Both the position numbers and the translations under genes were made by a program. A stretch of DNA of 58,753 nucleotides from Chloroflexota bacterium (GTDB taxonomy: Bacteria; Chloroflexota; Anaerolineae; J102), in NCBI GenBank assembly GCA_024224665.1, contig JAAENG010000331.1, positions 1 to 58,753 on the forward strand, in the 5' to 3' direction. Positions 25,958 to 35,981 of this stretch are shown here, piece by piece. Numbering within the stretch: position 1 is the first letter of the stretch; every line of letters begins with the position of its first letter. The notes beneath the pieces were generated by a model. That model was given only the letters and a program-made list of their open reading frames with translations, did no database searches and had not been told where the DNA came from.

Positions 25958-28465
25958 TCATTCGATGGCGATCTCCTCCAAGATAACGAATGTACCCGAC
26001 GGGTTGCCGGCTTCATCTAAAATATCGAGACGTTGTCCGTTATCAGGGCGAAAAAGACCTGTCAAAAGAGTATAGGTGCCTGCCGGCGTATCTGGGTTAA
26101 CTTCGATAAAATGCGGATCGACTGTCAGGTTTTCGATGTACCAACTGGGAGGTGTAAAGGTACCCCACCCTGGTGGCTTGTTGGATTGTCCCCAAATACC
26201 TCCTGGGCTATCAGTTTGGATTCCTCCCTCCAAGTGTGTGAAAACAAAGTATTGATCGCTTAAGTTTTCAAGTCCGTCCCAATAGAGAATTAAAGAAAGG
26301 GAGGTATCGGATTTTTTGAGACTGTAACCAATGAGATGTATGTCATTGCCAAAATCGACCACTAAAGATTTCTGGGGATGTGGGGATCTCAGAAATGTTG
26401 CGGGTGTAGCAGATTGATTGGCGTCATTTTCTAACATACGTTCTTCGATTGGTATCTCACCACCACTACTATGGGATAATTGGTAAATGCTAATACCTTT
26501 TTGGTTTAACATTTGAATCCTACCGGCTAAACCATAGTCAGCATCCAGTTCCGCAGGATCTACATGGTACTTGCCCGTGCCTTCTACCAAATCGTCTGCA
26601 ATGAGAACGAGATCAGGCGTTAGGCGATTTGTTCTTACAGCAGTTGGGGCGTACCAAAGCGGTATCTCTGGTTTTTCATTTGTAGCAAATGTCCCTTCCA
26701 GATCACCCGAGTCGAACAGGGCTCCAACAGCTTTCCATCCGCTACGATGTACAAAGCCAAAAAGCCCTTTGGTTGGTTTTCGACTTGCATAAGGTTCAGG
26801 TGCCCAGTACAAAGTAGAGCGACTTGCCGGCCAATCCTGAACATACTCGACGTCGGTTCGTAAATAGAGCATGAAGAGATACCCGCCGATTAGAAGGCCT
26901 AGAATAAAGGCAGAGAATACAACCAGAGGTCGGGCGAGCAGTTTTGATCGAGCGGCACCCCAGATCATTGTGACGGTTAGTGCTGCCAGGAGGATCCATG
27001 GAACCATCACCGTATAAATATGTGTACGAGGATCACCTATCAAGAAGTTATATCCGATAAAACCGGCTGAAAACCATAGCACAACCGAACGTTCAGCAAC
27101 AGAGAGTTGTGGTGAGAGAAAAGCACCCATCAAGATGATAAACATTATGATCGCAGCAAATTCTGATCGGTCGGGGCCAAATAACATCGGTCGCACTAGT
27201 AATGCTGTGAAGACAAGAACGACAATAGCTGGCACCCAATACTGACCGCCCGGTAAGCATCTGATCCAGCGATTCTTGTAATATGTCCAAATCAACCAGC
27301 CGATCAACAATACCGTCAACAGAGCTACATAATAAAACGAATTATACAGGACCGAATACCAGATGAATCCTTCGAGCTTGTTCTTGATCAGTTCCGCGCC
27401 TATACGACTGCCAAGATAGGCACCTGTCACATTGGCCTGCGGACTGAGGAAATAGGGCACAAAGAAAAGTCCTGTTACTAATACCAGTACGACAGTAGCA
27501 ATACCGAGTGTCCAAATGCGACCGCGCCTGTCCTTTCCATTGACTTCTCTCTCCTTAAAAATACTTACGATGGCTATATAGATCAGCGCCGGTACAACGA
27601 TAACTGCATCAAAATGTGCAAGTAGTCCAGCCCCGAGGAAAAGCGCTGCAAGCATTGCCCAGCGATTATGTTGAGTATCACACCATTGCCAGGCGCAATA
27701 CATAGCCAACGCACTCATCCAGATCACGATGGCCTGATATTGAACAATTCGAGAGAAGGCGAGTAAGAATCCGTTGAAGACAAGCAGAAAACCCGCAACC
27801 AAACCTACGTGAACTGAAGATAGACGCATACCCGCTAGATATCCGGTAGTGATGGTCATGATACCGGCAAAGGCAAAGGGTAGCCGGGCAAATGCCTCTG
27901 TCGTGGTTCCGCTGAGCCGCCACAAGAGCATAGGAAGGAGTATCTCAGCTGGTCCTTTTTTGCGCTGAAAGATAAGAGCTTGCTCGAACCCTTCTAGCGC
28001 TCTGGCGGCTGGTACCATAGCCTTGATTTCATCGCCTTGAAACTCACTATATCCCAACGCCACAAGCCGGAAGAATGCAGCTATGACCAAGAACAGCATA
28101 AGAATCAGTAAGTGCCTATGCAGGTTAGGCCTATCGTATCCATCTCGACTTGCTGCTGAAAACGCCCATCCGAACAAACCCGCTACGGTAATTACATTCA
28201 AGACGACGAGGATATGCCATAGAGCAATGGCTCCGGGAAGGTAATGCAACACTAATGCGACGATCAGTGCAATTGCATAACTAAGTCCAGTGCCGATTGT
28301 GATTTGTACAAGCCTTGATGTATATGGAACCGTGACTCCAATCCAGACCAGGCCGGGCAATAGACAAAGCGCGAATGCCCCCACCATGCGCAGCACGCTA
28401 CCTTCGCCAGTCAGTATCAAGATATTGGCTACAAGAAGTAGAATTAAAGGGTTACGTAGTTGCAT
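25958..28465 (-). CDS. GT-C membrane glycosyltransferase (GT39/ArnT-like) with a large C-terminal extracytoplasmic domain, inside a low-GC island
   Basis: 835 aa with more than 12 TM segments in the N-terminal two thirds and a soluble C-terminal ~250 aa. Its composition is visibly more AT-rich than the flanks. Confidence 0.72.
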   Translation of the reverse strand: MQLRNPLILLLVANILILTGEGSVLRMVGAFALCLLPGLVWIGVTVPYTSRLVQITIGTGLSYAIALIVALVLHYLPGAIALWHILVVLNVITVAGLFGWAFSAASRDGYDRPNLHRHLLILMLFLVIAAFFRLVALGYSEFQGDEIKAMVPAARALEGFEQALIFQRKKGPAEILLPMLLWRLSGTTTEAFARLPFAFAGIMTITTGYLAGMRLSSVHVGLVAGFLLVFNGFLLAFSRIVQYQAIVIWMSALAMYCAWQWCDTQHNRWAMLAALFLGAGLLAHFDAVIVVPALIYIAIVSIFKEREVNGKDRRGRIWTLGIATVVLVLVTGLFFVPYFLSPQANVTGAYLGSRIGAELIKNKLEGFIWYSVLYNSFYYVALLTVLLIGWLIWTYYKNRWIRCLPGGQYWVPAIVVLVFTALLVRPMLFGPDRSEFAAIIMFIILMGAFLSPQLSVAERSVVLWFSAGFIGYNFLIGDPRTHIYTVMVPWILLAALTVTMIWGAARSKLLARPLVVFSAFILGLLIGGYLFMLYLRTDVEYVQDWPASRSTLYWAPEPYASRKPTKGLFGFVHRSGWKAVGALFDSGDLEGTFATNEKPEIPLWYAPTAVRTNRLTPDLVLIADDLVEGTGKYHVDPAELDADYGLAGRIQMLNQKGISIYQLSHSSGGEIPIEERMLENDANQSATPATFLRSPHPQKSLVVDFGNDIHLIGYSLKKSDTSLSLILYWDGLENLSDQYFVFTHLEGGIQTDSPGGIWGQSNKPPGWGTFTPPSWYIENLTVDPHFIEVNPDTPAGTYTLLTGLFRPDNGQRLDILDEAGNPSGTFVILEEIAIE

Positions 28466-29004
28466 TAATATCAGGACATCCTAGCGCTTAGATCGAGTTG
28501 GTTCAGGACTTAGGACAGAATGACTTGCCGAATTGCTCCCTGAAAGGGCGGAAGAGTTCCGCAAGTTATTGAATTCTCTGTCCTAAGCCTATATTTCGCA
28601 CCTTTGAAATCAGAAACTTACAGCTGTCATTTGGGGCATTATTCGCTTCACAACAGGGTGACTAATGCTTCAGATAGGCTGAGAACAAGTATTCGTCAGA
28701 ATCCACTAATACTTTCGGGTTATTTTTCATGCGCTGCTCGATTTCTTTCTCAGAAACTGCGAAATACAGGCTAAGTAGTAAGTAGCATGAACAGTATTAC
28801 CGCGGATGGCAGGTTTCGCTTAATTGTAACTCAGAGTTTAAAACAGGGGATAGTTAAGTGGACTGCAAAGTTATCCAGGATATTGAGTCAGGCCAGAAGC
28901 GACAGTCCCCTGTTGCCGTGTGTTATCTCAAACATCTGTTGCAAAGCACTGTCGAATCTAGTACTATCAAGACTCCATTTACCTTTAGCACAAAGAGGAT
29001 GACA

Positions 29005-29568
29005 ATGACAGAGATTACACAACTGACAATGGCAGCGCTGGAGGCCGGTCTGGAAACAATCCGGCAGTCGCCTACAAACAACGGTAGTTTAGATATGATT
29101 GTGCGACGCCCCAAAATTGGCGAGCGAGAAGTCATTGAGCAGGGGGAACTAGATTTGGTGGAAGGACTGGTGGGGGATAATTGGAAAGCCCGCGGTAGTT
29201 CTCGCATGAAAGATGGAAGCGCCCACCCCGAGATGCAGATTACCATGATGAATTCTCGCCTTATTGCGTTGGTCGCTCAGAATAAAAAAAGGTGGCAACT
29301 GGCCGGTGATCAGCTATACATCGACATGGACCTGAGTGAAGACAATCTGCCCGCCGGTACCCAGATCGCACTAGGCTCAGCCGTTGTGCAGATATCCCCT
29401 GTTCCGCATACGGGATGTAAATTGTTCGTGGAACGATTTGGCATCGATGCGATGAAATTCGTTAATTCCCAAAAGGGAAGACAACTGCGATTGCGTGGCG
29501 TGAACGCGAGAATCGTTCAACCCGGTGTTGTTCGGGTCGGCGATGTCGCCACGATCTTCGAAGAATAG
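29005..29568 (+). CDS. MOSC domain protein
   Basis: ORF 28858..29568. The start ATGACAATGACA follows AAAGAGG. LVGDNWKARGS...AGDQLYIDMDLSEDNLPAGTQIALGSAVVQISPVPHTGCKLF contains the conserved MOSC Cys. Confidence 0.8.
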   Translation: MTEITQLTMAALEAGLETIRQSPTNNGSLDMIVRRPKIGEREVIEQGELDLVEGLVGDNWKARGSSRMKDGSAHPEMQITMMNSRLIALVAQNKKRWQLAGDQLYIDMDLSEDNLPAGTQIALGSAVVQISPVPHTGCKLFVERFGIDAMKFVNSQKGRQLRLRGVNARIVQPGVVRVGDVATIFEE

Positions 29569-30109
29569 CGTCACATGCACCTATCTAAACGTGCTCAAAG
29601 GAAGGGATCGTCATTTACCAGAAAACTATACTATCGTCGAGGCGAGCGTCGCATCGCTAGACGCTTTCATCCTATTATTGGAAGAAGTTGGCGCCTGGCT
29701 TTGGGATCGAGGGGTCAAACAATGGGCGCCGGGCTCGTTTACCAAGAACCGTTCAAGGCTCGAACATTTTATTGAACACGGATGCCTGGTGCTGGCCTAT
29801 CGGGGAACCGATCTCGTGGGAGGTTGTATCCTGTCAGAGGTGAATCCGGGCTGGCCCGAACACTCGGAACATGCCATGTACCTGAACTCCTTGGCAGTAG
29901 CCCGGTCTGCAGCGGGCAAAAGGTTGGGCACGCACATTATAAACACCTGCATCGAGGTCACAGGCAGGCGATGTAAAACGATCATCCGCCTGGATTGCTG
30001 GGACGGCAATGACTTCTTGAAGTCCTATTACCGACGAGAAGGATTCACCATGCTTGAGGCGCACTGGACGGGGGACTACACCATCAGGTTTTTTGAGATG
30101 CAGGTCTGA
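29525..30109 (+). CDS. GNAT-family N-acetyltransferase (start uncertain)
   Basis: Acetyl-CoA-binding-like segment LAVARSAAGKRLGTHIINTCIE, plus the C-terminal YYRREGFTML motif. Confidence 0.7.
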   Translation: MLFGSAMSPRSSKNSVTCTYLNVLKGRDRHLPENYTIVEASVASLDAFILLLEEVGAWLWDRGVKQWAPGSFTKNRSRLEHFIEHGCLVLAYRGTDLVGGCILSEVNPGWPEHSEHAMYLNSLAVARSAAGKRLGTHIINTCIEVTGRRCKTIIRLDCWDGNDFLKSYYRREGFTMLEAHWTGDYTIRFFEMQV

Positions 30110-30134
30110 GCGAGTGCAGCGTCGAGATGGTAGA

Positions 30135-33100
30135 ATGGTCCCATCCCAAACGACAGCCACTCAACGAAATCCAATGATGACCTCACTTGAACACGCCCCC
30201 AATCTTACAACACAAACTGCTGAAGCATTGGCTGCTGAACTGTATGGACTGGATGCCGGCGCAAGTGCCATGCCAAGCGACCGTGATCAGAATTTCTTAT
30301 TACACACGACAGAGGGCGAAAAGTACGTCCTGAAGATCGCCAACGCCAAGGAGAATCGGGCGGTAATAGAAGCGCAAAACGAGATGATGATGCATGTTGC
30401 ATCACGGATCTCCGAGCGCGACACCATCACAACGCGTGTTATTCCAACTCTAACCGGCGAGCGCTCCGCACAGGTTAAAGCAGAACAAGGTGATCGCCTG
30501 TTTGTCCGTCTGGTAACATATATCGAAGGTAAACCGATGGCAGAAGTGCGGCGGCATTCCCACGCGCTTTTACAGGATGTGGGTCGTTGCCTCGGAGAAG
30601 TTTCCGTCGCTCTGCGTGACTTCGATCATCCGGCGCTTCACCGCACCTTCGCCTGGGATCTGGCCAACGCCCTGGATGTGGTGCAGGCCTATCGCCCCTT
30701 GATCACTGAACCCGACCTGGGTGGATGCATCGACCTCCTGGTAAATGATTTCGAACGACATACGGTACCCTTACTACCCAAGCTGCGGCGTAGCGTCATT
30801 CATGGTGACGCCAACGACTACAACGTGATCGTCGGCGGGGGTGAGGATCTCTATTCGAGGTACCAGCAAGTGGTGGGGCTGATCGACTATGGTGACATGG
30901 TATACAGCTACACGGTTGCCGATCCGGCGATTGCTGCGGCTTATGCACTTCTCGATAAACCCGATCCCTTGGCGGCGGCAGCAGATCTCATTCAGGGCTA
31001 CCATACCGCCAACCCTCTCACAGAAGAGGAGATCGAGGCATTATATGGTCTGATTGTGATGCGACTATGTGTCAGCGCCTGCATGGCTGCGCGCCAACAG
31101 CCACAACGTCCCGATGATCTTTATCTTGGCATCAGCCAGCAGCCGATCCGATCAACGTTGCCCACATTGGCAAGCATCTCCTATCGCTTCGCAATTGCAA
31201 ACTTCCGACACGCCTGCGGCTTCTCTCCGTCGCCCAACAGCGAGCACGTGTGCAACTGGTTACAGGAGAATGCGGGGTCTTTCGAACCGATTCTGGGTGT
31301 ATATCTAGGGAGCGAGCCTCTCCATGTCGTTGATTTGAGTGTAGACAGCCCCTTGCTCGAAGGTGATATGACACGGAATAGCGAACCGCTGCTAAGCGAA
31401 CGCATCCTCGCTGAAATGGCAGAAGCCGGCGCCAACGTAGGTATTGGCCGATATGGTGAAATCCGCTATTTCTACACAACCGACGCCTTTGCTACGGGCG
31501 ATGATCTGAGTTCCGAACACCGTACCGTACATCTTGGCGTTGATCTTTTCGTTGAAGCGGGTAGTCCTGTGTGTGCACCGATACCTGGTGTTGTACATGC
31601 CTTTGCCAACAACGTCTCCCCCTTCGATTATGGCCCGGTGATCATTCTGCAACACCAGATCGACAATGATGTACCTTTCTACACGCTCTACGGCCATCTC
31701 ACTGAAAGATCCTTAGCAGGCCTGACGTTGGGACAGCGTATCGAGGCCGGAGAGAACTTTGCGGCGACGGGCGATGCGGCGGCCAATGGTGGTTGGACAC
31801 CCCATTTGCATTTTCAGTTGATCATCGATCTGTTAGGTCTATCGACAGACTATCCGGGTGTTTGCCGTTTCAGTGAACGCCCCGTATGGCACGGCCTGTC
31901 ACCGGATCCCACCCTGCTCTTGGAGATTTCTGAGAATCTGCAGTGGCAACGCCGGCCATCGAAGCGGGAAACTTTGCGGATACGAAAAAAGGTGATCGGT
32001 CGTAATCTCGGTGTCAGCTATAACGACCCGGTGAAGATCGTACGTGGCGCCATGCAGTACCTGTTCGATGAGAGCGGGCGCCAATATATCGATGCCTACA
32101 ATAATGTGCCTCATGTAGGCCACTGCCATCCCCGTATTATCGAGGCAGCGATGCGCCAGATGAAGGTACTCAATACCAACACCCGTTATCTTCACGATAC
32201 CCTCAATCATTTTGGCGAACGGCTGATTGCAACCTTACCCGAGCCGTTGAGCCTCTGTTTTTTCGTCAATTCGGGCAGCGAGGCCAATGAATTGGCTTTG
32301 AGATTGGCGCGATCTCACAGCGGAGAGCGCCATATGATCGTGCTCGAAGGCGCGTACCATGGGCATACCACCTCTCTGATTGACATCAGTCCTTACAAGC
32401 ATGATGGGCCAGGCGGCATGGGCGCGCCCAAATGGGTACACACCGTTCCGGTCGCAGATGTCTATCGCGGGGCATACAAGGCGGATGATCCACTGGCGGG
32501 AACCAAGTACGCTGCTGCGGTTCAATCCGCCATCGAAACCTTACAAATCGAAGGGCGAGGTCTGGCCGGTTTCATCGCCGAATCCTGCCCAAGTGTGGGT
32601 GGGCAAATCATTTTCCCTGAAGGCTATCTGGCGGAAACGTTCGAGCATGTGCGCGCGCAGGGCGGTCTCTGTATTTTGGATGAAGTGCAGACCGGCTATG
32701 GGCGTATCGGTAGCCATTTCTATGCGTTTGAAGCGCAGCAGGTCGTGCCTGATATCGTCGTCTTGGGTAAACCGATCGGCAATGGATATCCTATTGGTGC
32801 AGTCATTACAACGCCAGAGATCGCGGCATCTTTCGATAACGGCATGGAGTTTTTCAGCACTTTTGGCGGCAGCACTGTGTCCTGTGCGATTGGTCTCGCC
32901 GTGTTGGAGACGGTGATCGACGAAGATATGCAATCGCATGCGCTGGCGGTAGGCGATCACATGTTGGCGCGCATGCGCCCCTTTATCGATCGCTATGCAC
33001 TGGTTGGCGACGTGCGAGGGTCGGGGCTATTTTTGGGGCTCGAGCTAGTACGTGATCGTGAGACATTGGAACCGGCTGATGCGGAGGCGTCTTACATCTC

Positions 33101-33260
33101 GAACCGCATGCGAGATCACGGCATCCTTCTGGGCAGCGACGGCCCCTATCATAACGTCATCAAGATCCGACCACCGATGCCCTTCTCGACCGCTGATGCT
33201 GATCGCCTGATTTTCGCGCTAAACGATGTACTGGCTGAGGTAGAAAATCTGTGGACTTAA
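30135..33260 (+). CDS. Tri-domain fusion: APH-fold kinase + M23 (LytM-type) domain + class-III PLP aminotransferase-fold enzyme (AGXT2L/phospho-lyase-like)
   Basis: The kinase part carries [12 protein letters not shown]...GLIDYGD. The M23 part has intact metal motifs HLGVD and HLHFQL. The aminotransferase-III part carries [34 protein letters not shown] and [11 protein letters not shown] (the PLP Lys). The start could be 30135 or 30174 (ORF from 30054). Confidence 0.85.
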   Translation: MVPSQTTATQRNPMMTSLEHAPNLTTQTAEALAAELYGLDAGASAMPSDRDQNFLLHTTEGEKYVLKIANAKENRAVIEAQNEMMMHVASRISERDTITTRVIPTLTGERSAQVKAEQGDRLFVRLVTYIEGKPMAEVRRHSHALLQDVGRCLGEVSVALRDFDHPALHRTFAWDLANALDVVQAYRPLITEPDLGGCIDLLVNDFERHTVPLLPKLRRSVIHGDANDYNVIVGGGEDLYSRYQQVVGLIDYGDMVYSYTVADPAIAAAYALLDKPDPLAAAADLIQGYHTANPLTEEEIEALYGLIVMRLCVSACMAARQQPQRPDDLYLGISQQPIRSTLPTLASISYRFAIANFRHACGFSPSPNSEHVCNWLQENAGSFEPILGVYLGSEPLHVVDLSVDSPLLEGDMTRNSEPLLSERILAEMAEAGANVGIGRYGEIRYFYTTDAFATGDDLSSEHRTVHLGVDLFVEAGSPVCAPIPGVVHAFANNVSPFDYGPVIILQHQIDNDVPFYTLYGHLTERSLAGLTLGQRIEAGENFAATGDAAANGGWTPHLHFQLIIDLLGLSTDYPGVCRFSERPVWHGLSPDPTLLLEISENLQWQRRPSKRETLRIRKKVIGRNLGVSYNDPVKIVRGAMQYLFDESGRQYIDAYNNVPHVGHCHPRIIEAAMRQMKVLNTNTRYLHDTLNHFGERLIATLPEPLSLCFFVNSGSEANELALRLARSHSGERHMIVLEGAYHGHTTSLIDISPYKHDGPGGMGAPKWVHTVPVADVYRGAYKADDPLAGTKYAAAVQSAIETLQIEGRGLAGFIAESCPSVGGQIIFPEGYLAETFEHVRAQGGLCILDEVQTGYGRIGSHFYAFEAQQVVPDIVVLGKPIGNGYPIGAVITTPEIAASFDNGMEFFSTFGGSTVSCAIGLAVLETVIDEDMQSHALAVGDHMLARMRPFIDRYALVGDVRGSGLFLGLELVRDRETLEPADAEASYISNRMRDHGILLGSDGPYHNVIKIRPPMPFSTADADRLIFALNDVLAEVENLWT

Positions 33261-33287
33261 TCGGATTTCCATCACTCTGGAGGATCT

Positions 33288-33800
33288 ATGAACATCCGAA
33301 CCATTATCAAATCCCAATACCATGCCTCCCTCGATATGTTGGGGCAGACTATCGTCAAATGTCCGGAATCGCTCTGGCAATCAAAAGCACCAGCAGCGTT
33401 CTACTGGCATGTGGCCTACCATGCCCTGTTTTACACGCATCTCTACCTTCAGCCCGGTGAAGCCGACTTCGAACCCTGGGCCAAGCATCGAGATGAAAGC
33501 CAGTTCCTGGGGTCGCTACCCTGGCCGCCGCATGCTGAACCTAAAATCCCCGATCCCTACACACGGGATCAGGTACTCGAGTATCTAGATTTCTGCCATC
33601 AGCAAGTTGATGCTCAGTTGGATTGCGTTGATCTCGAAGGCGCCTCGGGCTTTGACTGGCTGCCATTCGACAAGCTGGAGTTGCAGATTTATAACATCCG
33701 CCACATCCAAAGTCATGCCGGAGAGTTAAGCCAGCGTCTGGCAGAGGCCGGGATCGAGATCGATTGGATCGGTATGAGGCAGATGGATGAGGGCGCCTAA
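33288..33800 (+). CDS. DinB-superfamily four-helix-bundle protein
   Basis: His-containing helices (HVAYHALFYTHLYL, IRHIQSHAGELSQRL) and a ~170-aa size. Confidence 0.6.
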   Translation: MNIRTIIKSQYHASLDMLGQTIVKCPESLWQSKAPAAFYWHVAYHALFYTHLYLQPGEADFEPWAKHRDESQFLGSLPWPPHAEPKIPDPYTRDQVLEYLDFCHQQVDAQLDCVDLEGASGFDWLPFDKLELQIYNIRHIQSHAGELSQRLAEAGIEIDWIGMRQMDEGA

Positions 33801-33812
33801 ATTGTCGCTCTC

Positions 33813-33875
33813 AGGACTGGCAGTCCTCCCAGGTCGGAGTCTTTACCGGCGTAGATACTACGGACTGCCAGTCCT
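33813..33875. terminator. Inverted repeat AGGACTGGCAGTCCT / GGACTGCCAGTCCT between convergent genes (probable bidirectional terminator)
   Basis: 14-bp perfect arms at 33813-33827 and 33862-33875. Each arm is itself nearly palindromic. Confidence 0.55.
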
Positions 33876-33895
33876 ATAATATGCGAGTCCCACTA

Positions 33896-35509
33896 TCACT
33901 GAATACGTGGCAAAAAGACCTTGATCGCTTTGAAGTATAGACGAGAGAGTCCCGTTGTTGTCCCGGCAGACATATTAGCGATGGTATTGAACTGTGCCGT
34001 CGTGCTGGTAGTGCGGATACCCTGACTGCTGGTGAGATTTTCGGGAATCGTGGCCGACCAGTTGCCGTCAGAGTCTGCCGTTACCACGGCCAAAGACTGC
34101 AACGCTTCCTTGATGCTGTCCATGTCATCTAAGAAGAGTTCGACGGTGCAATTTGGACAAGGGCTGCCAGTGCCATGGGTTCCGCTTACTGACTTGCCAT
34201 TGATTTGAGTCACTTTAGCGGGGTTGAAGGCAAGCATGGCGTCTGGTAGGCTGGGTCCAAGCTGGATGGCGTCTTCTGCTTCGGGATTGCCCTCCACTTG
34301 GGGCCAGGCTGCGGTTCTTTTGATGATGTTTGAACGCAGAGTATTGGCATCATAAAGAGCACCGTTGAGTGAGATAGCCGAGAGTGCGGAGTCGGTAATC
34401 TGGTTATCGCTGACCATCACCTTTTCAGGTCCGCCGATCAAGTAGATGCCCCGGCCGCATACGCCGACTTCGTTGTCGCCAGCGTCAATGCCGATCTTGT
34501 TATTCGAGATCGTATGTTCATCGCCGGTGGCTCGCACTGCCGCGGCCTGGGTTGATATTTGGAAAATCTCTTGACGCAAGCCTGCAAAGACATTTGTTTC
34601 GATTTGATGTTCATTGCCTTCGAGGCTGATGCCGCCTCCGCCGAGCCAATCGACCGTTGTGCAAATAAGCTTGGGGTCAGTCTGCTTGTTGGGTACCGTG
34701 CCGTTGGCGATCGTGCCCACATAGTTGGATTTGAAGCTGTTCCCCTCACCTCGCATGGCCGCGGCAACACCGTCGAAGCCAAGGAATACGTTGGATTGCA
34801 CGATGTTGTCTTCGACATTGGCACTTAAGGCGACACCGGCACTGCCACTACCATCTTCCGGCTCATCATCGCGCAAGAAAACGTTCAGGCCGTCAGAACT
34901 AAGGCCAAACCAGTTGTTTTCGATGATGTTATCGTTCGAATTGACGATGAGGTGGGTCTTGAAATTCTGGAACCCCAATCCTTGCACCACATTACCGTCA
35001 TGCCCACCGGCATTGTTTGTGCCGATGATGATGCCATCCCTGTTGCCAGTACCCGGGCCAATGAGGATTATTTTCGGTCCGTCCGCGCGTCCATCGGGCT
35101 GCGTCGCTCCATCGATAGTGATCTCCCCACCTTCAAGTGCTCTGAACACCGATGGGTCGGATGTGCTCATCACCTCGATTTCCCAGACGCCCAAACTATC
35201 ATCGTAGCCTTCATCCTCTTCGTCGGGGATATCGAACTGGATGAGAATGGGGCGTTGGCCTGCTGAGAGACTGCGAGCCTGCACGATAGCGCGGCGCAGC
35301 GTGCAGGGAGTTGCATTTGTACAAGTTCTGCTTTTACTGTTGTCGGGATCGGCGCCACTATCGACTGTGATAATAGTGACAGGATCAGAGGGCGTGATTG
35401 CGTCTTCATCGACGGCATATGCCACGCTGAAATGACCGGCGATGAACAAGACCACCAGGCTCGCGACCATGATCTGCAACGGCACGATAAACCGTACGGG
35501 AGCTTTCAT
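33896..35509 (-). CDS. Secreted right-handed parallel beta-helix repeat protein (PbH1/NosD-like)
   Basis: Signal peptide MKAPVRFIVPLQIMVASLVVLFIAG. The body has repetitive N/G/I-rich beta-helix turns (IIENNWFG, IVQSNVFLG, ISNNKIG, VSDNQIT). Confidence 0.7.
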   Translation of the reverse strand: MKAPVRFIVPLQIMVASLVVLFIAGHFSVAYAVDEDAITPSDPVTIITVDSGADPDNSKSRTCTNATPCTLRRAIVQARSLSAGQRPILIQFDIPDEEDEGYDDSLGVWEIEVMSTSDPSVFRALEGGEITIDGATQPDGRADGPKIILIGPGTGNRDGIIIGTNNAGGHDGNVVQGLGFQNFKTHLIVNSNDNIIENNWFGLSSDGLNVFLRDDEPEDGSGSAGVALSANVEDNIVQSNVFLGFDGVAAAMRGEGNSFKSNYVGTIANGTVPNKQTDPKLICTTVDWLGGGGISLEGNEHQIETNVFAGLRQEIFQISTQAAAVRATGDEHTISNNKIGIDAGDNEVGVCGRGIYLIGGPEKVMVSDNQITDSALSAISLNGALYDANTLRSNIIKRTAAWPQVEGNPEAEDAIQLGPSLPDAMLAFNPAKVTQINGKSVSGTHGTGSPCPNCTVELFLDDMDSIKEALQSLAVVTADSDGNWSATIPENLTSSQGIRTTSTTAQFNTIANMSAGTTTGLSRLYFKAIKVFLPRIQ

Positions 35510-35886
35510 GAAACTTCCTCCTATGACCGTGATAGAATGGTATTTTGAAATACGCTAACTGCGTATGGCCATCAGCTTAGATCCCGGTGTGATGGGTGGG
35601 GTCCGTCGATGCGGTCTAATCTGTTTAGGGTGCGTCCTAAATGAGTTGGAGACATAATGTGTCACCAGGTTTCGACCTAGGTTCGTCAACATAACCCCCC
35701 ATTTCGGAGGTTCAGAAGGCCTGAACCGACCTCCAAACATGATAGTATCGCAGGGTGTTATGGCCCTTCTAACTCAAAAAGGACACACCCAAATTATATA
35801 CAGGGCAGTTCCGAAAAAAAGGTGTTGGCCAAGTCTACTACAGAGTAGGTCTGACTTCCACAGACCGTGGCTGAGAAGAGATACGG

Positions 35887-35933
35887 AAAAATGACCGCCA
35901 CCTGTTCAGAGTGATTGAAATCTGGTGGCGGTC
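35887..35933 (-). terminator. Rho-independent terminator after the NHL/propeller gene
   Basis: 10-bp stem gaccgccacc/ggtggcggtc (35893-35902 / 35924-35933). On the minus strand it is followed by ATTTTTCC. Confidence 0.7.
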
Positions 35934-35981
35934 GTGTGTAACGATGCGTGATAAAACGCGGAATGCACCGAGTTTTACGAG

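Noticed and set aside
28466-29004. Moco riboswitch upstream of the MOSC-domain gene
   Set aside because: I could not recognise the conserved Moco-motif features. The only strong structure (28509-28587) lies ~420 nt from the MOSC start and closer to the divergent glycosyltransferase gene.
30054-30134. Upstream start (30054) of the kinase-M23-aminotransferase ORF
   Set aside because: It would overlap the GNAT gene by 56 nt and adds only an Arg-rich non-homologous extension. ATG 30135 or 30174 is preferred.
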